DNA of 63,756 nucleotides, counting the filler, from Rhabdomonas costata (Eukaryota): assembly GCA_019059605.1 (NCBI GenBank). It is 48 parts of 48 records of this genome, joined end to end, with 100 filler letters (N's around TTAATTAATTAA, not from the genome) between each part and the next. Parts side by side here need not be neighbours in the genome. Positions count along the whole stretch, not along the records: positions 47,904 to 49,133 come from JAHMHO010022684.1; positions 49,234 to 50,463 come from JAHMHO010022685.1; positions 50,564 to 51,787 come from JAHMHO010022686.1; positions 51,888 to 53,117 come from JAHMHO010022687.1; positions 53,218 to 54,447 come from JAHMHO010022688.1; positions 54,548 to 55,777 come from JAHMHO010022689.1; positions 55,878 to 57,105 come from JAHMHO010022690.1; positions 57,206 to 58,435 come from JAHMHO010022691.1; 40 more parts are not named here. The stretch is one strand, 5' to 3'. How positions within the stretch are numbered: position 1 is the stretch's first letter; every line of letters starts with the position of its first letter. The notes under the pieces are model-generated. The model made no database searches, had not been told where the DNA came from, and saw only the letters and a program-made list of their open reading frames with translations. The position numbers and the translations under genes are program-made. This document shows positions 48,826 to 60,041 of this stretch, piece after piece.

Positions 48826-51604
48826 CTGAAAAACCCAGACCACAAATTGCGCGTACAAAAAATTGTGCAGAGACCATTGTGCATACAGTTCGTTTGCACA
48901 TTAATATAACCTACCACTCAAAGAGGCTGCCGAGGCGACCGATCACTGATGGTGGATGGAACGAGGGCCGTGCGCAGAATACGCCAACTGACGAGGTGAG
49001 CGTCAGAAAGTGCTCCTTAGCGGCTCATGACCCCGTGTACTCATCACCCTGTGAACCCATCATCGCTGGATGTGACGCTTAGACCACAGTCACCCCACTC
49101 TCGAAAACAGCCCCCGGGGTGAAAACTTCACAANNNNNNNNNNNNNNNNNNNNNNNNNNNNNNNNNNNNNNNNNNNNTTAATTAATTAANNNNNNNNNNN
49201 NNNNNNNNNNNNNNNNNNNNNNNNNNNNNNNNNTGTGTGTACTAAGTAAGTAACTAACACCTCGGAGCGACTGTCTCACTCCAAGGAAAGTGCGGAGCTG
49301 TGCACGCTCACCTTCCCCATTCGCACACAACGACAGAAGCCACACCACAATAACGATGATTGTGGTGTGGCCGCGACCGCTGGGTAATTTCCTCCAGGGG
49401 GGTTCAAGAAAGGGGGAGCACAATATATGGCGGATGGCTGGTGATAACCATTCCCGGGAATGACACCGCTGTTGCAGGTGCCTCCGAAGCCCACCACAAG
49501 TGAGGACTCCAACCTCGTCCACACAACAAAAGGATCGAAGCAATGAAGTACAATTTATGCACAGTGATATGCAGGAAAGGAAATGGAAAAGGTATCGACC
49601 ATTTCCCACCAAAAACCAACCAATGAACAAAGGCATTCTAACAGTCATTTAATGTATTAGTGAGTTGGCTCCTACTCTGGTTGGCCACGACCACGTCCAA
49701 TACGGGGGATACCCCAAAGCAACGTTCCCATTTGGTTGCCAAACCTAGAACAGAAACAAAATCAGTGTGCTGCCAACCTTCCGCATACTTTACATTTGAA
49801 GTGAAAAGGTGCAGCCGCCGGATCATATTGGCTGCGAAGTGCCGAAGTGTGACATACCCATTCCTATTTTTTTGCCTCCCTATGTCAACCGGTTTTCAAT
49901 TGTCCAAAGCTTCTTCTTCATATACGAAGGAGAGCGATTTGTTTCGCTGACCTTATCGAATCAAAAAGATGTAAAAGTTTTTCTCATGGATTTCAGGTAC
50001 ATAACTAACTACTAACCAACTAAATAACTTTCTCATGCACCAGGAAATTAGTCGAAGAGAGAGCCACCGAGTAAAGAAATACTCAACAAAGGTGAAATGC
50101 CCTAATGAGATCGAAAAGGCAGAAGAATGAGAGCAAACCAGCACCCACCGGCAAAGCAACCGACAAAATCACACACAAGCCAGTACTCGAAGAGACCACA
50201 ACTCATCTACCCACGTCCCAACTCTTCACCTATCTCCCTTTCCACGAGCTGGGTACGAGGATGATGCACCGACACACTCAAACAAAGAAACACTGCAGAG
50301 AAAAACCTAGCATGAGCGAAAAAACCAGAAGAGGAAGAGAAGCGGCGGCAGCAGCTAGAAGCGACCAAGCCCTTGCTCCAACCGCAGGGGCGACCCTGCG
50401 TGCGAGCTTTGTGAACCGCGACCCAACACAGGAAGCTGCTGCTCTCCCAGCCGTGGGGAACCCNNNNNNNNNNNNNNNNNNNNNNNNNNNNNNNNNNNNN
50501 NNNNNNNTTAATTAATTAANNNNNNNNNNNNNNNNNNNNNNNNNNNNNNNNNNNNNNNNNNNNTTGTGGGGTCTACCCTTAGGTATGCCAAGTTGCTCAT
50601 GTCCATACGTGTGTGGTAAGAAATTGATGTCCACTAGCAAAGAGCAGTGGAAAAGTTGTGAAGAGCCAGCACGAAGAAAACCGCTGATGGAGAAAGGTTT
50701 CATAAAAACGTGAAAGAAAAAATGGGAAAAGAAGTCGCACTCGCCCTCGAAAAATCGGCAAGTCAAACAAGCAGCAAAAAGAACGAGACAATACGGGAAA
50801 GCATACCACGAGCATTCCATTTCATCGGAAGTCAAGCGGCACCACACTAAATCTCCAATCACCAGGAAAGTTCGACTCAAGGCCATGGTAAAATTCTTCT
50901 CACATTATGGTGTAAAGCTGAACAGAATAAGGCATACCCGGAGGCGCCACTGTAGAATAGGAAAAATGTTTAAAGAGAGAATTAAATCAAAATTGAGCAG
51001 AGTTCAGGGGCTTTCGAACCACTAGCCTGAAGATATTTCTGGAAAACCTCTTAGAGCAAAAAAATGACTTCGCTATTTGCGCCATAATGGGAAATTTTCT
51101 CCCACAAAAACCGAAAGCAAGCCCTAAAGTATCTCATTTTAGGACGACAACGCAAATAATATGAGCGTCATAAATTTCGTCAAAGCAAAGAGTCAAAGAA
51201 TTGTGAGATGAGAAAAAATGGAGAATGTGATTCACCACATTTATCACACCCACAAGAAGATTTTGATGACAATGGGCAATGACTTTCTCAAGCATTCATG
51301 ATACCCAGGGAACAAAAACCCTGCATGTTTCGGAACGTGGGCAACCATACATTCTTATGCTTGAAACAAAAGCTCTTTAAAAACCCTTAAATAAAAAAGG
51401 CATTCTCTCTTCCAGGCTCCAGGCAATGGATAACCAGCACTTGGGGGAAGCAAACAACCCGTGCGTTCACTGATGTAAGGTCGATTCACCAAGGTATTCA
51501 TGCTATATTGAGCAAGGAAAGACATAAATTCGATTCGTCGAGGCGGTTTGCAATATCTGTGCACGCCGCGAGAAAGTTCAAAAAAGGTTCGCAAAGTCCT
51601 CAGC

Positions 51605-51667
51605 TCAGAAGGCTTCGATGCCCGTGATGGCGCGGCCAAGAATCAGCCCATGAATGTCATACGTACC
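51605..51667 (-). CDS. GCDH: Glutaryl-CoA dehydrogenase, last exon
   Basis: cag|[20 protein letters not shown] matches the GCDH C-terminus (E)[20 protein letters not shown]. Confidence 0.9.
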   Translation of the reverse strand, partial: [20 protein letters not shown]

Positions 51668-51887
51668 CTGCGATAAGCCAAGGAGCTGTAATAAAAAAAT
51701 CCGGAAACCGAGATTTTAGCTTGGACAGGTCTGTGCCAATTGTGTGCAAAAAAAATCGAGCGCGGAACAAGTGAATGATTTAGCAACNNNNNNNNNNNNN
51801 NNNNNNNNNNNNNNNNNNNNNNNNNNNNNNNTTAATTAATTAANNNNNNNNNNNNNNNNNNNNNNNNNNNNNNNNNNNNNNNNNNNN

Positions 51888-53117
51888 TGTGGTGTGTGAA
51901 TCGGGATGTCCGCCAGCTCCACCCATCGCGAGTTCGAGCCCACGTGCACAGGGAGCCGCTGCGGGGGCACCCGAGCGCGGCGGTCCACAATCCAGTTCCC
52001 GCACACCTGGGAGGGAAGAGCAGAAAACAGGAAAAGGGACCACACAGGGACAGAGAGAGACCGAGCGAGAAGGCAGAGTGGCAGCTGGTACCCCACACAC
52101 ACAACGCGTTGCGCTCCTTCTGTGGGAGTGTCATGCAGATTACCGATGATGACGCACCACCTGAAAAGCAATGAGCTCCGTATTTTGCTGATAATCGTGG
52201 TGATCGGATCTTCGGAACCGATTGCAGGGATACAAAAAGAAAAATGACTGCGAATTCCTAAGACATTCTCGAAGCAAGTGTACAAAGCCCTTTGCCCACT
52301 TTGCCTTGGTTCTCCTGTGTGCTGTCCCCCTGACCAGAATGTCCACTGCCCAGAATCATCGCTCAAAAGCAGGTAGGTTCCAACTGCATGCAGTATCGCG
52401 GCCCGCAAGCGTCCTGAAGGGGGTTACCTTGCACAGGGGCCAGTAAGCCAGAAGTCCGGAGTGGGAGGACGGCACGGTGGTTTGCCAGTGGTTTGCGACA
52501 TCGAATGCCGACCGGGGCACCCGCCACACTCGAAGCTCCAGCAAGGATCCCGAGAAGCGCCCTGCACACACACAAATATACACACACAACACCAAAAACT
52601 CTTCTCCAAAAGGAGGCAGGAAACACACCCCATGTCTGCTGCTTTTGATTGGTCCTTCCAATACGCAAACTGTATCTTTGGGAAAGTGACCTCTCTGTGT
52701 AGTGCTGATGTGCAAGCTATTCGACACAAACCCCCAAGTCAAAGAAGAAAACTACATCTCTGGTCTTCACAGCAGCGAATTATGTTCTGTACTGTGCACA
52801 ATATCTGCAGGAGCCAACCACGCTCTGCAGATTACTTGCTTTCTGGAATTGCTGTGGATAAGAGTGTGGGCAAAAACCAATGCCGAGTGCGTTGTGTCAG
52901 AGGTATCGAAGCAGAGGCCAAAAAGGACGCACCGAAGCTGAGCTCGCGGGCCATAAAGAAGCCCGCCTGGGAGGAGCTCAGCATGGCCGCCGCGGAGCTC
53001 CCCGTGGTGCACGCCGCCAGCCGCCCGCAGTGGTACAGCGCCACCCGGCCCCGCTCGTCCACGGTCACCGCGTAGTGCACCCACCGCCCGGCCAGCAGAG
53101 GAAGCGCCAGCGCAGCG
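51888..53117 (-). CDS. LamG/concanavalin A-like jelly-roll domain protein (partial)
   Basis: Exons >53117-52933 (RWVHYAVTVDERGRVALYHCG), 52561-52428 (RFSGSLLELRVWRVPRS…GLLAYWPL) and 52006-<51888. Confidence 0.8.
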
Positions 53118-54047
53118 NNNNNNNNNNNNNNNNNNNNNNNNNNNNNNNNNNNNNNNNNNNNTTAATTAATTAANNNNNNNNNNNNNNNNNNNNNNNNNNN
53201 NNNNNNNNNNNNNNNNNCTAGCCTTCGATTCCAGCCCGGACAATGTGATCATGGCACACAGCGACCCCACATGTGTGTGGGGGGGTCCCCCACAGCTTCT
53301 CGAGAATCTCAGCCTCCCCTCTCCGACGCTCCAAAATGGTGTCATGTTCCCCTCACCCGAACAAAAAGGATGTGGAGATTTTCCGACGGGGAGGCCAAGG
53401 CGCTGTCTACGGAGCACGGAAAGGTCAATGCACCCCTCCCCCGCTGCGAGGCTTCCAGTTTTGTTTGCCGGAAAAAGAACCGCGCGGCTTTTCTCCGGGA
53501 CCCCTCCGACTTTGCGAACAATTGTATCGTGGTGACAAATTCATTTGCGAACGGTGGAAGCTGCTACTTTGTGCGCCATTATGTGCTAAAAAAAGGAGGT
53601 TGAGTTGCCGTGGGGGGGGGAGTTGAAAATTTGTCCCCCTTTTTTTTTCAAGGAATTGGTGACTATGCCACAAATGAGGTCATCGGGGCCGTGCCAGATC
53701 TGTGCCCTGAACTTGTTTCAGATTGGTTTTCGGAATCGCCAATGCTCACCTGAAAGAGAGGGCAAAGCCGAAGCAGGCTGGGGTCTTTGTGTGTGCACAG
53801 CAGCCCGCCCGAAACGCTTTGTGGCCTGTCCTTGGGGGTCAGGGTTTCTTGACCTTGTCCGTTCTGGCCGGCTGGTTTGCCCATTTGTCCACCCCACGGA
53901 AGCCAGTTGCCTGGCTCTTGGCCGCCTGCTGCCCACAATGTAGTTCACCACATTATAATATGCGTGGAAATGACAGTCATGTGCAAAAGAAACCTAACTC
54001 TCAATTCCTGCGATGTGGGTTTTTTCCCTGCCTCTTCCTTTCTGCAG

Positions 54048-54217
54048 AGAGTAGCCCCACCAACCCTTTCCAAGCTGGCCACCGCTGGGGGAACCGCCCA
54101 CGAGGACGCGGTGGCGAAAAAGCTGGGGCTGCCCGGCTCCCGCGAGCTGCTGGCGCTGCTGAGGAAGAGCTTTGACGACGAGGACCCCTACCGCCGTAAC
54201 AAGCTAGACCAGCACCG
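54048..54217 (+). CDS. Exon with a degenerate EF-hand-like motif
   Basis: AG/GT-bounded exon ending LLALLRKSFDDEDPYRRNKLDQH. Confidence 0.4.
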
Positions 54218-55951
54218 GTGCACACACGCACACCCTCACCCATCCCGCCTCACTTCAGTGCCGACTGTGAAGCCTAATCATTACCATCACTTGCTCTTTC
54301 CCCAGCAAAGGCTGAAGCGCATCGAAAGGGTAACTACACTGAAACGTAGCGCGAAGCGTCGCTTGCAAGTCCATTTCCTGTCCTTTGCACCGGCGCGTCA
54401 ATAGAAACGAGGACTGACATAGGTACCCCGCACCCCCCATCGCTCAANNNNNNNNNNNNNNNNNNNNNNNNNNNNNNNNNNNNNNNNNNNNTTAATTAAT
54501 TAANNNNNNNNNNNNNNNNNNNNNNNNNNNNNNNNNNNNNNNNNNNNTATTGGAATCCCAGGGGATACTTGCCTCCACCTAATTTCCTGCCGCCCCTCTG
54601 CCATCTGCTTGAGTCACTGAATCATTTTGGATGGCTTTTTTGAAAACAGGCGAACTCGGGTGCTATCGGAATCAGAGTACCCCCCCCCGCACACAAACAC
54701 ACACATACACTACTTGGTAGAGCCCATTTCCTGTATCCGCTGATGCCTCGGAACAGATCTTTCTTTGTGTTTTTCTGTTGTGGTGAACTTGAAGAGAGCG
54801 CAGAGAGAGATGTCGCATCCTATCACTGAGGCCCAGACCTGCACCCGGTGCGCGGATGGGTGGCTGGAGCGCTGCACCACTGCCGCACACTACGAGGTCA
54901 ACGTGCAGACCGGGCGCAGGGTGCCCGTGCAGCGCAGCATGACTGGGTTCCGGTGGAGTGTAAGGCATCCAGAGACCTCCGCCATGGCCACCACCGGGCT
55001 GGGCGCCCACTCGGCGTGGCCCGAGAAGGCATAGCATGTGTTCCCGTGTTGCGGGCGTCAAGGGCATTTTGCTCTTGACTTACCTATTTCTTCTCTGGGC
55101 TGGTCGCGTATCCCACCTGAAGGAACGACCCGTGAAAACCAAGCCGGGACTGAAGCTTGGGGATTCTCGAAAAAGTTCAATGGATCGTGGCCCTTCCCTG
55201 CCGAGTATCCTTCCCTCCTACAGAAGCACAAAAAGCTCGAAGAAGCGCCACGACGCAACAGACTTCGGGCACTTGCGCGGAAGACAGGGTGCACATAAAT
55301 GACAGAGACATCAGCTCTGCATCAGCCGGCGCAATGAACACACACACCCGCTCTCACATTTTTCATCATCTTTGCATCATCTCTTTACCTCAACTCAATT
55401 ATTTTGGGATTTGGTGAAGCTACGCTTCAGCACAGCAAAAACTAAAGGGCGCCCCAGACAAACGTTAAGCGGGTGCGCACTTTCGCTGGCATTTTCGCCG
55501 GATGGGCACAGGTAAAATTTCTGCGAGGCCGAGTTCGCGCAGAGGACACCGATGCCGCGCGGCTGCTGCACCCTCTGTGGTTCGAGGACCTCGAGCGCTC
55601 GGCTGGTGTGGCCGGCACCTAACCAGCCGACTCGCACACGTGCACCCACACACATGCAAATGTTGGCCTGCAACTGAGGAAAAGAGCTCTGTTTGTGTAA
55701 GCGCTGAGCCAATTCTGGTAGGATTTCGTTCCATGCCCTTTCCCCATTGTCACCATACCCCAAATACACCCAACATANNNNNNNNNNNNNNNNNNNNNNN
55801 NNNNNNNNNNNNNNNNNNNNNTTAATTAATTAANNNNNNNNNNNNNNNNNNNNNNNNNNNNNNNNNNNNNNNNNNNNATACTTCCCGTGGTGCCGCGCAG
55901 GTTGGTCTCTCCAATTGTTTGATATATCCTTAACTGTGTCTGTGTTTTTAG

Positions 55952-56622
55952 GACACGGAAGGGAGAACCGCCCTGCACGTCGCCGCGCTTACCGGAAGCC
56001 CGCCGGCCGTGGAAGCCCTCCTGAAGCTCAGCGCCAGCCCGACTACTCGGGCACTGTGGCACTGTGCTATGAGTGTGTGCGTGCGTGTGTGCGTGCGTGC
56101 GTTTGTTGTTGTTGTGGGTATACAAAGGACGACGGAAGCCCAAGCCTCCTGCAATCTGTAGCCCCCCATTCCCCCCAGGGGACAGCTCCACAAGCGGCTG
56201 CTGCTGCCGCAGCCGCCCCGGACATCGGCTGAGTATACTGTCGCTGCAGTGATTGTATTTGTAATGAAAGTTGCCACCTTGAGGCACTCAGAGAGTCAGG
56301 TTCAGCGGAGGTGGCAGTGCCACAGAAAGTACCGAACTCTCTAACGTAACAGTGGTTTGAGTGGCGACACTCGTCCAATTTATGAGCTAATCGTCCTGTC
56401 GCAATTTGCTTGGCAACTTCCTGCACTCAGCCACCCTTCGTGGAGGGCCTTTTCCTTGCCCATCTGCCTGCCATTCAGGTGGATGATTGCGTCGATGTGG
56501 TTTCCTTGTCGTGTGTGGCGCAGGATGCCTCGGGCCGCACCCCACTGCACTGCGCAGCACAGAGCGGCAGCCCGCAGGCTGTGACAGCCCTTCTGAGGGC
56601 TGGCGCCGACGTCGCCGTGCAG
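55952..56622 (+). CDS. Ankyrin-repeat protein (two repeats)
   Basis: 99-nt exons 55952-56050 (DTEGRTALHVAALTGSPPAVEALLKLSASPTTR) and 56524-56622 (DASGRTPLHCAAQSGSPQAVTALLRAGADVAVQ). Confidence 0.9.
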
Positions 56623-57205
56623 GTGCCGCCCCGCTCCCTATTTGTGTTTATATTGTGTACGCATTAGCTGGTTTTGCTGTTGGAATGGGTAGGTACGGTT
56701 CTTGTACCAAAATGCGTTTGTTTCATCGCGACCAAGCGCTTGGATGGGTTGGCAGAGCCCTCATTGTGCTGGACGCATCAGATACAGTTTTTGTCTCGGG
56801 GTTGCTGGGCAAAGAAGTACGGCCACGCCACAGCGTCGTACCGCCTTTCAGCAGAGGTTTCTGTCGGAAACAGTGGAAATGCGTTTCGGAGGCTGATCCT
56901 CAAAGAAAGGCGTTTCGAATCCACAGCTAAGTGCGCTCCAGAAGATTCTGCGCAAGTAATCTCTTTTTCGAGAGCCGCTGAAGTTTCGCAAGTTTCTACT
57001 GTTTGCCCCAGTCCATTTCCTTCTACTCACAAGCTTGCAAGAGCTGTTTTCACTGTGCCCCACATTTTTCAACGAAGGCCATATATTAATTCCACACCCA
57101 AAAACNNNNNNNNNNNNNNNNNNNNNNNNNNNNNNNNNNNNNNNNNNNNTTAATTAATTAANNNNNNNNNNNNNNNNNNNNNNNNNNNNNNNNNNNNNNN
57201 NNNNN

Positions 57206-57570
57206 GTTGGGGTTGTGCTTGCAAACTGATAATTATTAACATCAGTAGAACTTATCACACACTTGACCGTATCGAAGATAGCACCTAACGGGTTTTGTGT
57301 TAGGTGAGGAATTGATATTCCTTGAGGAGCGGCACGTGTACCATTATTAATAATTGGTTCAAGTGTCGTTTGTGTTCCATCTTCTCGAACTTGTGTAATT
57401 TGAAGTTGAACAGTTAAATAAGAGTTTTTCCCATTGTATACTATATCTTCGGGTTGGTCTATTGTGAACTTAATATTGTTTCCCCCAACGTTAGTTGAAG
57501 AACTAACAGAGGGGTTTGACGGTATCTCAAGCATATCAGAGCCATAAACTGCAGAGTACGGAATAGCCAT
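57206..57570 (-). CDS. Putative Polinton/Polinton-like-virus major capsid protein, N-terminus (3' truncated)
   Basis: NNIKFTIDQPEDIVYNGKNSYLTVQLQITQVREDG…LTQNPLGAIFDTVKCVISSTDV follows the Polinton MCP pattern I.F.I…(D).. (T/S)YL.V…I….DG…N….LF..V…+. AT-rich, intronless, start context TATAATAAAATG. Confidence 0.6.
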
Positions 57571-57627
57571 TTTATTATACTCTTGGAAGAGAAAATAAAA
57601 TTTTGATATTGTAATATCAAAATTAAA

Positions 57628-58434
57628 TTAAAAAACTCTAATTACGCTATATCGCGGAGGTATCAATTCGCTGAAATCTTGCAGGTTACGCGGTTTCTTG
57701 GTTATTGAAGCTGGTATAGTTATTCTTTCACGAATTGGAGGATTAAATTTAACTGGTATATTTTCGTGCGTAAAAAAATCTTTGATATCATCTATAGTAT
57801 TTTCATTTACATTTCCTGTTTTAATCATTTCTGATAATGCAGTCTTGCCGATAATGTTTTTTAAAGTCGGGTATTGTTCCACAAGTTTTTTTAATGTATC
57901 AATGTTTAGATTTCCTTTTTCAAGTTCCTTAATAGGATCTACACCAGTATCAGAAACCTGACGAATTTTTAGTGTTTTCTCAATTATTGGTTGTGTTCTT
58001 TTTGCGAAGTTATATTGGTCTTTATACTTTCGTATAATATTTACTAATGCGTGATATTCTTTTGGTTTTCTCCCTACTCTTGTGTCTAGAGAAAGCTTTT
58101 CTTGTAGATAAAGCTCATAATCATTTATTGCTTTTTTGTTTGTGTTGAATATTTTTTGTAGCCCAATAGTACTATATTCTTCAAGTGCTTTTGTAATTTC
58201 TTCATCTGTTGCATGATCTACGTACAAATTATATATATCTGTTAAATATGCTTTCATTTCATCTCTTTTTATTTCAGTTTTTACTTCGTGTAATGGATTT
58301 ACTAAAGTTGATATTTGCTTGGTCTGATTTAATTTTTCAACGTGTTGAGCAATTGGTTCTGGTTCATCATATGGTACTCGTACTGGTGGTAAAGTAGACG
58401 GAATTATTGTTTTTTCGTCTAGTTGACCACCACC
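57628..58434 (-). CDS. Orphan K/I/N-rich intronless protein upstream of the putative MCP (5' truncated)
   Basis: The frame stays open from the contig end (GGQLDEKTIIPSTLPPVRVPYDEPEPIAQHVEK…RDEMKAYL…) to the stop at 57628; 57-bp gap to the next gene. Confidence 0.75.
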   Translation of the reverse strand, partial: GGGQLDEKTIIPSTLPPVRVPYDEPEPIAQHVEKLNQTKQISTLVNPLHEVKTEIKRDEMKAYLTDIYNLYVDHATDEEITKALEEYSTIGLQKIFNTNKKAINDYELYLQEKLSLDTRVGRKPKEYHALVNIIRKYKDQYNFAKRTQPIIEKTLKIRQVSDTGVDPIKELEKGNLNIDTLKKLVEQYPTLKNIIGKTALSEMIKTGNVNENTIDDIKDFFTHENIPVKFNPPIRERITIPASITKKPRNLQDFSELIPPRYSVIRVF

Positions 58435-58559
58435 CNNNNNNNNNNNNNNNNNNNNNNNNNNNNNNNNNNNNNNNNNNNNTTAATTAATTAANNNNNNNNN
58501 NNNNNNNNNNNNNNNNNNNNNNNNNNNNNNNNNNNGGGTTTGGGGTCATACGCCAGAGG

Positions 58560-59510
58560 GATCGTAGCGCCAGGCAAGACGTTTGCTGACTGGAAAGATT
58601 TTGTTGAGACGCTCAAGAGGCGGTTGTGCGCCCAGACCTGGACTATAGTGTGGTTTGGAGGTTGTAGCAGCTGAAGATGTCAGAATGAAACTTTCAGTTT
58701 TACCATCAGCAGTTTTGTGACTGGGATGAATTTGCTGAAGGGAACGATGTTTGAGAGCGAGATCTTATTGAAGTACCTGTTTGTAAGAGGATTAGAAGGG
58801 ACATCCAGGCGAAAGTGATGGCGAAGAATCCGAGGAGCCTGAACGAGGCCATGGAATGGTATTTCCGCAAGCCGAGATCCCCTCCACAGGTAATCGTTGC
58901 TGTACCAGAGGATGCGGTTCATAGAAGCATAGCGAAGAGTGGAACTGCAATGTATTTAGACGCCATACGATGCGGGTACACCCCGTTTTCGTGGAGTACG
59001 GCATTCCTGACGTCTGGAGAGCTGAGTGCAGCCGGTGCCACATCCACGGCTACAATAGTGGTGTCAGATGTGAGCATGTTGCTGAGGAATTCAAATTTTT
59101 TTGAAATGTAGGCGTCTCCTACACTAGCCGCAACAGTGCCAGCTAGTTCAGTGATGTTTTCCACCACACCACATCATCAGTTAAACGTGGCGCACACCCC
59201 ATCTCCAGAAAGGAGGCCAAATCAAGGCAGAGGGATGTCGGTGTTTCGAGGTCGGGGTTACATGGGAAGAGGAAGAGGTAATTACCAATCAATGTCACCA
59301 TCCCGAAGTGGAAGGCCCAGAATTCCATTGTTCCCAAGGAGAGAAGATTCCCCGACTCGACCGTCAAGCCCAATTCACAGGGGACTAAGAGTAGTTAGCC
59401 GTCGCCATTTGCGAGGTCAAGTTTGGAAGATGCGAAACCGTCGGTCCCTTCCAGAGTCTGTTTATATTGCGGAAGTTCTAATCATTTATACAGATACTGC
59501 GAGTTGGCTA
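58560..59510 (+). mobile_element. gag: Decayed Ty3/gypsy-like LTR retrotransposon gag with a CCHC zinc knuckle
   Basis: WKDFVETLKRRL, QLKMSE*NFQFYHQQF, YLFVRGLE, IQAKVMAKNPRSLNEAM, MYLDAIR, an RG-rich linker and CLYCGSSNHLYRYC (CX2CX4HX4C, 59459-59500); multiple frameshifts and stops. Confidence 0.85.
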
Positions 59511-60011
59511 AGGCAGACGTGGTCCAGAGCAGTGTGCCTAAGGGGCCGGGAGAGAATCAAAAGAGTGTGGATCAGTCAAACTAGAGGGGTCAGGAGACAG
59601 GGCCACTCCCGCCCCACCCAAGAGGCCCGCTTCAGCCACAGTGAGGACCCCAGCCAGCGCAAGTAACGTGCAAGATAGACCAAGTGTTTCAAACACAGTT
59701 CCGCTAAGAGTCTTGAATAGAACATCAGAGCCTGTGAACAGATTAAATCGATCCCCCCAACACACANNNNNNNNNNNNNNNNNNNNNNNNNNNNNNNNNN
59801 NNNNNNNNNNTTAATTAATTAANNNNNNNNNNNNNNNNNNNNNNNNNNNNNNNNNNNNNNNNNNNNTGTTGGTTGTGGTGTATGGCGTTGATGGTGTTGG
59901 CCTTTAATTAGTGTGTGTGTGTGTGCGTTTTTATTCCAGTATGGTATATGTATATGTGTAAGGCAGTGTGTAGAAGTAGGTTATGATATAGGAGTAGGGG
60001 TTGGTGTTGGA

Positions 60012-60041
60012 GTCTGTGTCTGTGTCTGTGTCTGTGTCTGT
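60012..60041 (+). repeat. (GTCTGT)n microsatellite in a G/T-rich tract
   Basis: About five tandem gtctgt units. Confidence 0.85.
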
